Of a stretch of DNA of 21,349 nt, positions 9,936-20,512 are shown piece after piece (positions within the stretch are counted from its first letter, which is position 1; each line of letters starts with the position of its first letter). The notes under the pieces were generated by a model. The model was not told the origin of the DNA and ran no database searches. It saw nothing but the letters and a program-made list of their open reading frames with translations. The DNA is from Macrostomum lignano. Taxonomy: Eukaryota. The position numbers and the translations under genes were made by a program. The DNA lies in NCBI GenBank assembly GCA_002269645.1, contig NIVC01005206.1, positions 1-21,349 of the forward strand, written 5' to 3'.

Positions 9936-11691
9936 ATGAACAACAGCTCGCTGGAGCAACAGCTGCAGGATCATCGGCAGCACCATCCAGTCTGGATGAA
10001 GCCAGTGTTTCTAATCTTCTACGCCATAATCTGCGTCCTGGGCACGCTCGGCAACTTGCTAGTTGTATTCGTCGTCCTGAGAAAGCGCAGCATGCAGACA
10101 ATAACAAACATTCTGATCACCAATTTGGCCATCTCCGATGTCATCATGAGTACGGTGAACGTGCCCCTGACCCCGGCTATTATGTTCATGGGCAACTGGA
10201 CACTGCCAGTGGCCATGTGCAAGGTGATGCCAATGACCATGGGCGTGTCGGTGTACGTGTCCACCCTGACCTCAACGGCCATCGCTGTGGATAGGTGCGT
10301 CAGTTCACTAGCAACAGCATTTCCTAAGGATATCGATGTTGTTGTCTTTAGTTCTGTCTAATTTACAGTCAAACAACAATTTATTTGACATTGACGCTAT
10401 AGTATAGCCGCGTAAAATGATCTGTAGACCTGTAAAAACAGACTCTGCACCATCCGGCATGCAGGTATCTCGTCATCGTCCACCCGTTCGTGCCTCGCAT
10501 GAAGCCAATCCTCTGCCTGCTGCTGGTGCTGGTGATCTGGCTGGTCGCCCTGCTGATTAGCCTGCCGATCGCCGTCTTCCAGAAGGTCAAAGTCTCGCCG
10601 GAGGCGGCCACGGAGAGCTGCGTTGAAGACTGGAAGCCGGAGCACCGTCCAGTGTTCACCGTGGTGAGCTTCCTGCTGCAGTTCCTGCTGCCCTGCTGCG
10701 TCATCACCGTCTGCTACGCCCGGGTCAGCGCCCGCCTCAGCCGTCGGCGCCGCCGGCAGAACGCCAACTACGCCACCGGTGGCAAATCGAGCGCCCGCGA
10801 AGCCCAGGACGTCCGTAGGAAGCGTCGAACCAACCGGATGCTCATTGCCATGGTAACCATCTTCGTGGTCTGTTGGATTCCTCTAAACCTGCTGTGGATG
10901 CTGAAGGACGTCAACTTGGTCGTGGAGAAAAACTTCCACGTGCCATTCTTTGCCTGCCACCTGCTGGCGATGAGCTCCGTGATGTACAACCCGTTCCTGT
11001 ACGGTTGGATGAACGCCAACTTTAAGGCAAGGAGAAGTGGGGAAGATTGACCTCTGTGATGATTTACTCGTATTAAGATTTATTTTAGACTGTCATGTGA
11101 ATACTAATAGCAAACTTCCAAGCAGCTCGAGTGTTTAACTATAATTTCTTAAAATATTGTACATTCCTGAAAAGTTTACAACCCACCAAGCCAACGTCTT
11201 TTCTTCAGACCGAGTTCCGCATCCTCCTGCCCTGTCTGTTTCCCAAGCGCTGCAGCAATGGCGGAGGCAATGGCGGACGCGGTGGCACTGGCGGCGCTGG
11301 CAGCGCTGGCGGCGGCGGTGGCGGCGGCGGTGCGGCCAGCTGTCGGGGAAGAAGCCACCGCGGCTGCAACCTGGCCGACGCTGACTTCGATGACGGCAGC
11401 GCCCTCTACTGCGATGACGACTGTGAAAACGCCGGCGAGCCCTGCTTTGAAACGCTGTCGACATTCGACCAGAGCCGCAATCAGTGCGAAGGCTGCCGCG
11501 CTGCTGGCAAGGCTGCTGATGACGCCAGCGTCAACGCTCCCAAGGCAGTCGAGATGGCTGGCCACGATGGCGACGTTGAAGAAGTCGACCTCCTGCTGGA
11601 CTGCGGTACCAGCGGAGACGGCGTCGAGATCCCGCTTAGGCCTCTGGGAACGGCAGCCGGAGCCGGTCAGTGTCGGTCGCCCAACATCTGA
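9936..11691 (+). CDS. Class A (rhodopsin-like) neuropeptide GPCR, short neuropeptide F / prolactin-releasing peptide / NPY-receptor family; join(9936..10294,10465..11026,11209..11691), 467 aa
   Basis: Seven TM segments with GN (TM1), TNLAISD (TM2), C..STLTSTAIAVDRY (TM3; the R codon is split AG|G by GT-AG intron 10295..10464), VIVHPFVPRMK, W (TM4), CVEDW (ECL2), QFLLP (TM5), CWIPLN (TM6) and HLLAMSSVMYNPFLYGWMNANFK|TEFRILLPC (TM7 and helix 8). These motifs are characteristic of sNPF-R/PRLHR-type receptors. GC3-rich codons; TGA at 11689..11691. Confidence 0.93.
11027..11208 (+). other. GC-AG intron of the GPCR (phase 0)
   Basis: Donor AAG|GCAAGG; acceptor tcttttcttcag|ACC. Splicing here restores the helix-8 motif NANFKTEFRILLPC. 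Confidence 0.8.
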
Positions 11692-11744
11692 ACTGCTTAG
11701 GGCAGAGAATTTTGGGCAGGACTTTGGTGCGACATGAGGCGCAC

Positions 11745-12237
11745 CATGCGTCAGAGTGGCGGTGTGAGGCTTATGGTGGGCTGTGTCATGCGTCAGAGTG
11801 GCGGTGTGAGGCTTATGGTGGGCTGTGTCATGTGTCAGAGTGGCGGTGTGAGGCTTATGGTGGGCTGTGTCATGTGTCAGAGTGGCGGTGTGAGGCTTAT
11901 GGTGGGCTGTGTCATGTGTCAGAGTGGCGGTGTGAGGCTTATGGTGGGCTGTGTCATGTGTCAGAGTGGCGGTGTGAGGCTTATGGTGGGCTGTCTTGCA
12001 TCAGAGTGGCGTTGTGAAGGTTATGGTGGGCTGTGTCATGTGTCAGAGTGGCGGTGTGAAGGGTTATGGTGGGCTGTGTCATGTGTCAGAGTGGCGGTGT
12101 GAGGCTTATGGTGGGCTGTGTCATGTGTCAGAGTGCCGGTGTGAGGCTTATGGTGGGCTGTCTTGCGTCAGAGTGGCGGTGTGAGGCTTATGGTGGGCTG
12201 TCTTGCATCAGAGTGGCGTTGTGAAGGTTATGGTGGG
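11745..12237. repeat. 42-bp minisatellite, about 12 copies, just 3' of the GPCR stop
   Basis: Unit TCAGAGTGGCGGTGTGAGGCTTATGGTGGGCTGTGTCATGTG. Unit starts at 11751, 11793, 11835, 11877, 11919, 11961, 12001, 12043, 12086, 12128, 12168, 12208. Confidence 0.95.
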
Positions 12238-12835
12238 GCCAAATCAAGTACCCAAGCTAGTGGAGGTCACCAAGACCTAAAAATCGAAATGATAAAGTGA
12301 TTTGCATCGCATGATTTCAGGAATCAAGTATTCTAGGAAACAGGGTTTGCTTAATCCCCGATCAGTTGTTTAGCTGCGCAACGCACTTTTCGTAAACCGA
12401 CCTTTCTGATATCTGTTTATGCCTGGCTATCTTTGTTGGAATTTAACCTTCACATTTACAGGGTTTTTGTGGGAAGACTTTAGCTTAGATTGATACGTTT
12501 TTAGCATCAGCTTAGAACGCAGTCTTCGTTGTTTTGTTCCTCCGTCGCAAATTCGGCTTCAATATTCAAAGCTTTGATTGTTTTTTGGTATATGTCTGTC
12601 TGTTCTGTCTGTTAATGCAGCTATCCTCTCAGATATGTTTAATACTTAATTCTATCTATTTATTGATGTTGTTTGACTAATGTCTACGAGTTAAAGACAT
12701 TTGTAATATTGGAATTGAAAATAACATTCATAAAATGTTTTCAATTTCAAGGGACTTCAACTTTGTGGTTGTAAGCGATTGTTATTGTCTCAGAGTTTTT
12801 GATTGATTTTTGTCATTATAAAATATTTAAATAGA

Positions 12836-13110
12836 CTCCTCTCACCTCTCACCTTTCTCCTCTTTTTTCTCTTCTCTCTCCTCTGTCCTCTCCCCTCACC
12901 CATCTCCCTCTCCCTCTCCCTCTCTTCTCTCTCCTCTTTTCTCTCTCCTCTCTCCTCTCTCCTCTCTCCTCTATCCTCTCCCTCTATCCTCTCTCCTCTC
13001 CCTTTCCATCTCTCCTCTCTCCTCTCCCTCTCCCTTCTTCTCTCTTCTCATCTCTCTTCTCCTCCCACTCTTCTATTTCTTTCCTTCTCCTCTTCTATAT
13101 CGTCTCCTCT
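12836..13110. repeat. CT-rich simple repeat
   Basis: Pyrimidine tract with CCTCT/CTCT units, similar to 5707..6180. Confidence 0.9.
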
Positions 13111-13780
13111 GGCGTCTCTAGCAGATGTTTATTCATCGCTCGGCAAATGAAAATTTGCCACGGCGCACTGGGCAGGAGCAGTGCGTGCACGAGCTCAGAC
13201 AGACACTTGATTTAAAGATATCGGCCTGCACCTGGCCAAATATCTGTCTGTTCAATTTCAATGCTACCTGCGAGACTCGGAATTTTACCGTCTCTTGCAA
13301 TGGAGGGAGTCAGAGAGGGCTCCGACAAGAAGAGTGGGCAGGGCCATTCCGATAGATATAGGCAGGGCAATTTTATCATTTTGTCAGTGAGGGATCGCAA
13401 TAAAAAATAGGCTGTACAAAGCTACAACTACAAAAATTTATTGTTGCTATCCCGGGCTGGGGGCGCGTGGCTAAGGAAATCTGTCTTTTATGTAGGAATT
13501 TGGCCAGGATGAGAAATGACTGGATCGCCAGTGCGGCACCTGACAGTTTAGAAACAATATAGCAGTACTTTCCGCTGAGCTGCTTTCAGCTCAGTTCAAA
13601 TTAATTGTGCCCGAATTGCAGCTTTTTAGAGCTAGACTGGTGGGCTGCGTGGGTGGATCCGGCTTCCAATTTTGGTCAAGTTCCGCTCGTACTTTAGTAC
13701 TTTGGATATCTCTGGGCTGATTGAAAGTGCTTTCTTTGCCTCCTTCTTGGGCATAAGAAGTGCTCCTTTCTCCTGTATTC

Positions 13781-14421
13781 TCTCTTGTCTCGTGTCTCTT
13801 GTCTCTTGTCTCTTGTCTCTTGTCTCTTGTCTCTTGTCTCTTGTCTCTTGTCTCTTGTCTCTTGTCTCTTGTCTCTTGTCTCTTGTCTCTTCTCTCTTCT
13901 CTCTTCTCTCTTCTCTCTTCTCTATTCACTCTTCTCTCTTGTCTCTTCTCTCTTCTCTCTTCTCTCTTCTCTCTTCTCTCTTCTCTCTTCTCTCTTCTCT
14001 CTTCTCTCTTCTATCTTCTCTATTCACTCTTCTCTCTTGTCTCTTGTCTCTTCTCTCTTCACTCTTCTCTCTTCTCTCTTCTCTCTTCTCTCTTCTATCT
14101 TCTCTATTCACTCTTCTCTCTTGTCTCTTGTCTCTTCTCTATTCACTCTTCTCTCTTCTCGCTTCTCTCTTCTCTCTTCTCTCTTCTCTATTCACTCTTC
14201 TCTCTTCTCTCTTGTCTCTTCTCTATTCACTCTTCTTTCTTCTCTCTTGTCTCTTGTCTCTTCTCTCTTCTCTATTCACACTTCTCTCTTCTCTCTACTC
14301 TCCCAACCCCCTTGTCCTCACTCCTCCCCACTCCTTTTTCCCCACTCCCATCTCTCCTTTCTCTCCTCTCCTCTCTTTTCTCCACTCTCATTTCTCTCCT
14401 CTCTTCTCTTTCCTCTCCTCT
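13781..14421. repeat. Heptamer satellite (TCTCTTG / TCTCTTC / TCTATTC / ACTCTTC) grading into a CT-rich tract
   Basis: 13 perfect TCTCTTG units at 13795..13885, then TCTCTTC with variants keeping the 7-bp register to about 14295. Confidence 0.95.
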
Positions 14422-15188
14422 CTCGGATCAGATCGAGCATTAGGGGCTCCGCCACCAAAATCCTAAGTAGCGGATAAGCCTTGCCTGCAGCTACTAGGGA
14501 CACCAAACTCACAGATATATACACACACAACAAGACCCACAACACGGCACCAAAATCGGTCCGGGGGGCTCTTACCGCGTATTTGACATCATTTTTTCCA
14601 TTGCCAGCCGTGCCTGAAGCAGAATCATACACGGAAGTACGCTTGCACTAGTTGATGGGCTGGTCTACGCGATCAACAATAGATTACGCATGTACGCATG
14701 TGGATAGAGACTTTACAATGACGCCAATATCAGAGCTAAATAATTCAGGATTCGGGAGGAAGATTCAGGAAAAACGGGCTGCATTCATGTATGGGCGTGT
14801 CGCAGTGATTAATGACTTCTTAATCCGGTTTCCCGCTGCCTTCGGGGGCTGGGCGGAGGGCGCCTGTCGGCTTTGCTGATTCTGAAGCCGTCGGATTATG
14901 AATATTTTGCTGTGCTCCTCTTTCGCTCGAGGCTCGAAATGTTTAAAGAGAATTAGCGAGGCAGGGCTAAGCTCTTCATTCTCATCTGCTTCTCTGTTTT
15001 CAAATTATCGCATGGCCTTCGGCATTATGTTGCAGCAATAAAGAATTAAGCCCTGGGGTCCTTCTTGCCTGCCGTAGTTCGAGACATGCCATATTTTCGC
15101 TGTTGTTGAAATACAGACTCCGAGGATTTACATCTAATCTGCAGATTGCTCAGCACAAACTCAATTCCATTTTCACAGTTACAGCGCT

Positions 15189-16218
15189 GGGAATGGGAGA
15201 TTCGGGAATGGGAGATTCGAGAGAGAGATTCGAGAGGGGGAGGTTCGAGGGGGGAGATTCGAGAATGGGAGATTCGGGAGAGAGAGATTTGCGAATGGGA
15301 GATTCGGGAATGGGAGATTCGAGAGAGAGATTCGAGAGGGGGAGGTTCGAGGGGGGAGGTTCGAGAATGGGAGGTTCGGGAATGGGAGATTCAGAAATGA
15401 GAGATTCGAGAGGGGGAGATTCGAAAATGGGAGATTCGGGAATGGGAGATTCCTGAGTTGAGATATGGGAATGGAAGATTTGGGAGATTCAGGAATGGGA
15501 GATTCGAGAGAGAGAGAGAGAGGGGGAGGTTCGAGAGGGGATATTCGGGAATGAGAGATTCGAAAAGGAAGGTTCGGAAATGGAAGGTTCGAAAATGGAA
15601 GATTCGGGACTGGGAGATTCGGTAATGGGAGATTTGGGAGTGGGCGGAGATTCGGGAATGGGAGATTCATGAATGGGAGATTCGGGAATGGGAGATTCAG
15701 GAATGGGAGATTCGAGAGGGGGAAATTCATGAATGGGAGATTCGGGAATGGAAGATTCGGGACTGGGAGATTCGGGAATGGGAGATTCGGGACTGGGAGA
15801 TTCGGGAATGGGAGATTCGGGAATGGGAAATTCAAGAATGGGAGATTCAGGAATGGGAGATTCGAGAGAGAGATTCGAGAGGGGGAGGTTCGAGAGGAGA
15901 GATTCGAGAATGGGAGATTCAAGACTGGGATATTCGGGAATGAGAGAGAGATTCGAAAAGGAAGGTTCGGAAATGGAAGGTTCGAAAATGGAAGATTCGG
16001 GACTGGGAGATTCGGTAATGGGAGATTTTGGAGTGGGCGGAGATTCGGGAATGGGAGATTCATGAATGGGAGATTCGGGAATGGGAGATTCAGGAATGGG
16101 AGATTCGGGACTGGGAGATTCGGGACTAGGAGATTCGGGAATGGGAGATTCAGGAATGGGAGATTCGAGAGGGGGGGAATTCGTGAATGGGAGATTCGGG
16201 AATGGAAGATTTGGGAAT
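15189..16218. repeat. 15-bp minisatellite (GGGAATGGGAGATTC)n with higher-order duplications
   Basis: About 1 kb array. Internal blocks repeat with a 102-bp period (15219/15321) and a 393-bp period (15561/15954). It explains the MGDSG, NGRFG, NLPFP and ESPIP ORFs. Confidence 0.95.
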
Positions 16219-17050
16219 GAGCTTCTAAGTTTACTTAAAGTTTCAAGGCTACCTGTGCGTGATATCTGCAAAGGTTGTGAATCCTTGAAAATGTACCCGT
16301 ATGAGTCAGAAGTTAATACTTAACTTCCAATGTTATAAACAAGCAGCAGTAGAGCTCAGTTTTTGAAACCAAATCGTGTCACCCAGTGCATTTGAAAGGC
16401 TACTGTGCCCCTCGCGCCTTTTAAAGGAAGCAGTTCATCTGCAAAAATTGATTGCTTTAGCGCTGTTTGCGGGCTTGCTGCAAGACTCGAAGACTAAATT
16501 GGCTCGTAGTTTCGTCATTAAAAATCGATTCAACAAAAGGGGTGGGGGGGGGGTGATCGAGCAGCTTCACATCTATGGCCAATGGGATTAGAGAGTGACA
16601 TGCATATGATATCTGACCTTGATCTGAACCTTTATCTCAGCATTTTGGCATTTATCTCAGCTGAACAGATTTGATCCTAAATTAGACTTAGAAAAACCTA
16701 AAATTATATTGACATTTTTGAGTTAAGTACCTTTTTCGTCAATTAAATTTACATCCCAGAACTCTTTTTACTGGCTTGGGGAACAGTTGAAGTATTTGAA
16801 TTTGTAGAATCTTAAATTTAAGTAAATATTGGGCATCGTTAATAAAAATATTAATTCCCATTGAAGGCGCAGGTTTACGTTAAAACAAAATATTTCGTAC
16901 TCGTAAGAGTACTGCTGCACTGTGCTTTACTCGTTCTACGTGTATTACTTATGAAGTTGAAATTTTAATCCTTAACATTTACGAGCGTAATAACATCTGG
17001 AAAACAACTTTATTTTGAGCTTTATCCAACTCAAAGAGCGCGACACGCAC

Positions 17051-17472
17051 TAGGCGGAGCTTGCCGCCCACGCGAGCTCTCTGTGGCGCTGCAGGTCCTC
17101 GTGGACGCTGGGCACGAGACTGTTAAGGCACCGAAACTGCTCGCATCGGGAGAGCGGTACTGGTGCTGCCATCGCGCTGTCTTAGCTGAGGAGGCGAATG
17201 TCCATTTGGCAGGTCAGCTGGCACAGTCAGGACTTCAGTCTTCTTGGCAGCAGCAGCATGCTAGGCCGTCAAGGAGGCGTTGAGCACCGGCAGCAGTGGA
17301 TGCCAGAAGGGCGAGGTCGTCAATGTAGCCGAGGACAGCCAGCCGCTTCTCATAGGAAGCATAGGATGCAGCCGTCCGAGTTGTCCGGAAGCCATGTCCG
17401 CAACACCCAGTCCAGGATGAGGATGAACAGGAAGGGAGAGAGGGGGCAGTCTCCTTGCAGGACTCCGCTGTT
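17051..17472 (-). mobile_element. Non-LTR retrotransposon (LINE, RTE/CR1-like) reverse transcriptase fragment, frameshifted
   Basis: SGVLQGD(C)PLSPFLFILILDWVLR; LAVLGYIDDLALLASTAAGAQRLLDGL (YxDD at 17327..17316); AKKTEVLTVP; RCEQFRCLNSLVPSVHEDLQRHRELAWAA (degenerate F.YLG...AW.AF). Truncated at both ends. Confidence 0.9.
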
Positions 17473-19520
17473 ATATAATGTTAATCTAATTGTGTATGTA
17501 GTATTATAATATAATCTCCATAATATTGTGTAGTGTGTTACGTCGTAATGTAATATAAAAGTCTCAAGTTTGAAAATTTCGATTTTTGCATTTCGTAAAC
17601 ACAGTTGCATGCAGTTGGATGAAGCTAAAAAAGTTCTTTGCTGCCCAGATCTCTCGTTACTTTTTTCATTACTTTTGTAACACAATTACTAGTATATTTA
17701 ACGCTTACTTATTAAAATTAATCTTATAAGAAAATTATTCTTATAATATAATTAAAATATTAAATTTTGTTGAGTAAAATAAACAAAATCAAACACCGCT
17801 AATAAATTGAAACTTTTTGTGTTCGCAACCTCTATGTTAAATTTGGTTACTTAACAAAATAAAAAGAATTTTTAATTATTTATTATTTTGAATAGAGAAA
17901 AAACATTTTCTTTTTTATTCGAAAACCGCGGGACAGCTTTGTAATCTGTTTGGCCAGGAATGCGTACTCAAAATATATAGTTATTACACCGATAACATTT
18001 TGACTGCGGAATTTAATTAATTTAATTTTCATTACAGAGTGATTCTTATAGCGACCTGCCGCCATGTATTTCTTATGGCTGAAAATTTGAACAGGATTCC
18101 CAGTTCTAATTTGGTTTGATTACTAAAATTATACAAAAGAAGAGCTATATAAATTACTTTTAGGCTAAAATTTACCAGTATGGTTATGAAAAATAGCTAT
18201 CAGTTTTGCCATTAAGGGGTGCCGAATGAAAAATAAATATATGAATACATTCGCGTTTTAATTTACTCTAGTGTATTCACTTTAATATTAATTAGCTTTG
18301 AGAAAATTAATGTGTAATCACAGTCGTGCGCAAAGTAAATAAAGGCTAAGAGAAATCAGTAGCGAGCGTAGATAAAGCCAACTGAAAAAAAAGAAATCTG
18401 ATAGGAAAACTTTAAAGAAAGGCTGACAAAAATGACAATATTAATGGACGGATTTTCAACTATAATCTAACATCGTTACACTTTTGATAACACCAGATTT
18501 TTGTTATAATCAGCAGCTGTGTTGAGTGTCGAAAATAAACAAAAAAAGTTGTTTTTTCGGAAAAGCTGCAGGCCAGCTTTTTCTCCGGTCGAAATATTAA
18601 CAGCTCTCTTTAAAACAAAACATAGTACAGATTCAGATGAAATTGACAAAGTAAAACAAAGGTTTCCACCCGCCAAGAGAGAGCAGAAAAAAGACGCGCC
18701 CGTATGAATGCATGAAGTGCCGCGTAAAAGGTTTCCAGCCTTAAATAGAGTAGAATTAACATAGTAACTGGTGCTCAGGTCGGGTGCAAGCACACTATAG
18801 AGGACGCATTGAATAGAAATTGGAGGTCAAGAACGCCTTTAGATTTTGGTGTATCAATAATAGAACGTCCTGCTGAGAGCTTGCTTGACAATGAGTCAAC
18901 TCGCATCTGCATGAATTTAGTAGAATAAGTCTTCGGGTCAGAGCACAGGTGCCATTCAGATCTATAGAATAGAAATTCACAGAGACAGATAGTAATTAGA
19001 AATCACTCGTTTCAGAAAAATAGCAGTCAAAGAATTTGAGACAGGAAAAATGATCAGTTCTTAATTCTTATAATTCTTATCGCGCTCGGCCGGCTCTCGG
19101 GCTGCTCAAGTCAGATTTTGCGCGACAGCTCGGCTCAGCAGTCCTAATCGTATCGACCGGCAGATGGGCTGTGCGAGCGCGGCGTCGGCGACTTCAGAAT
19201 TCCGGTCCGAGACGGGGACGCGTTGCTGCCAAGGGAGTTATATTTACACTGCATTAGATATTTGCTATTAGATGATATTTGGCTGCCATGATTTGGCACA
19301 CTCGTCAAAGATTTCTTATAAGCTCGAGACTTAAACAAGATTGAAAATTCGCATCACCGAAACAAGAATTATTTAAGAAAATTTCGAGCTTGTTAAGTTT
19401 CGAGCTGATAAAAATCTTCCGTTTAAATTCTCACTGAATTTTTACAGCAAGCCCTACTCCTACCTCCTCAAGCTACATGCAAGATTACACGTAGGATATT
19501 AAGTTTTTTTAGTTAGAGTC

Positions 19521-19706
19521 AGGGGTTGTGTGCACCTGGCGCACTGTAAACGACATTGTCACACAACCGCGAGAGGCATGGCTGCCCATTCCGCCGACTC
19601 CCCTGAGCAGGCACACAAGCGCGCGGATACGTACGCAGTCATACGCACAGGCACACACTCACACAGGAGTGTACAGCGCCCTGACTTTATTCATCGTTAG
19701 GAATGT
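19521..19706 (+). repeat. Interspersed repeat, copy 2 (homologous to 9228..9410)
   Basis: See copy 1. This copy is preceded by C, giving CAGGGGTTG, reminiscent of a hAT terminus. Confidence 0.75.
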
Positions 19707-20498
19707 ACACTTCACTGCCTTGGGGGTTGGCCCTCAATGGCGTTAATTGCACTAGCAGAGCCAAGCCGAGATTCCAATTCAGCCCCAAATTAATGCGACT
19801 GCACTTGGAATCGAGCCTGGGCCGCTGGTACATCAGAGCGCTAGCTGCGCTGGACCACTGGACTGCGGCCTTCGCTCACTAGGACATTTATCATATAGAG
19901 GTCCAATCTATATACACTCGTTTTTCTCTCTTGCCTGCAGCCCCACAAGCCAAATGGCTTCTGTTCCTATCGAACGCAATAAGAGCTTCAGGAAGAACTC
20001 AAGCAGACAATCAGTCTCGACAATTCTATAGCAAGTCGGGAATGAAAGCAAAATTTTGAGGAAATATTTAGTGCACTATAATACATGGCGCATGCTCTAT
20101 ACAATGTCCTTATTGACAGGCATATTAAAAAAATCATTGTGATTCTATTCATACAATAACTGGTGCAGTGGTTATCGACAATAAGTTAATAAAGATCCTT
20201 TTCAAAGGAAAACACCCCACCATAGCATACTTCAGGTAATAATGTGCGTATATTGCATGCCTTCGTAGGTGTTCGTATTATACATGTATATATAGGTAAA
20301 AGTTGGGCAAGGTGGCAGCAGAGATAATTAATGCTCTACGAGTGAAGGCTGTGCTCAGTGTTATACCGTCTGTGCAGAGCGCCGCCCTGCCTGCTGCTGT
20401 AAGCGGCGTGGCTTGAATAGGCATAGGAGGCCAGGCGGCTCTCGGCCTATAGGACGGCTCGGCGGCTCTGGACCGGGGCGCGATCCGGGTGCATCGCG

Positions 20499-20512
20499 GT
20501 CGCCATGGCAAC
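20499..20512. promoter_or_regulatory. RFX X-box motif
   Basis: GTCGCCATGGCAAC is 13/14 to the palindromic consensus GTTGCCATGGCAAC, inside a GC/CpG-rich island (about 20380..20560). Confidence 0.55.

Noticed and set aside
9901-11737. Antisense and alternate-frame ORFs over the GPCR
   Set aside because: These are shadows of GC3-rich coding sequence, with no independent motifs.
11670-12184. Cys-rich repeat peptide SEWRCEAYGGLCHV, and a CRISPR-like periodicity
   Set aside because: It is a 42-bp tandem repeat with no unique spacers, no cas genes and a eukaryotic context. Variant units shift the frame, which argues against coding.
12330-12800. Protein-like fragments on - (QKTIKALNIEAEFATEEQ...)
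   Set aside because: Many stops and no identifiable transposase or endonuclease motif.
13160-13540. Scattered short inverted pairs (gcgcactgg/ccagtgcgg, tggccaaat/atttggcca)
   Set aside because: Too short and discontinuous to call a MITE.
15103-16323. Pentapeptide-repeat ORFs (MGDSG, NGRFG, NLPFP, ESPIP)
   Set aside because: The 15-bp unit lacks stops in most frames. Overlapping ORFs on both strands, with no synonymous-biased variation apparent, point to non-coding satellite.
18212-18744. TTAA-GG...CC-TTAA, Kolobok-like boundaries
   Set aside because: The inverted match does not extend beyond a few bases and there is no transposase evidence.
19080-19230. Small GC/CpG-rich island
   Set aside because: No ORF, tRNA-like fold or recognisable motif supports a call.
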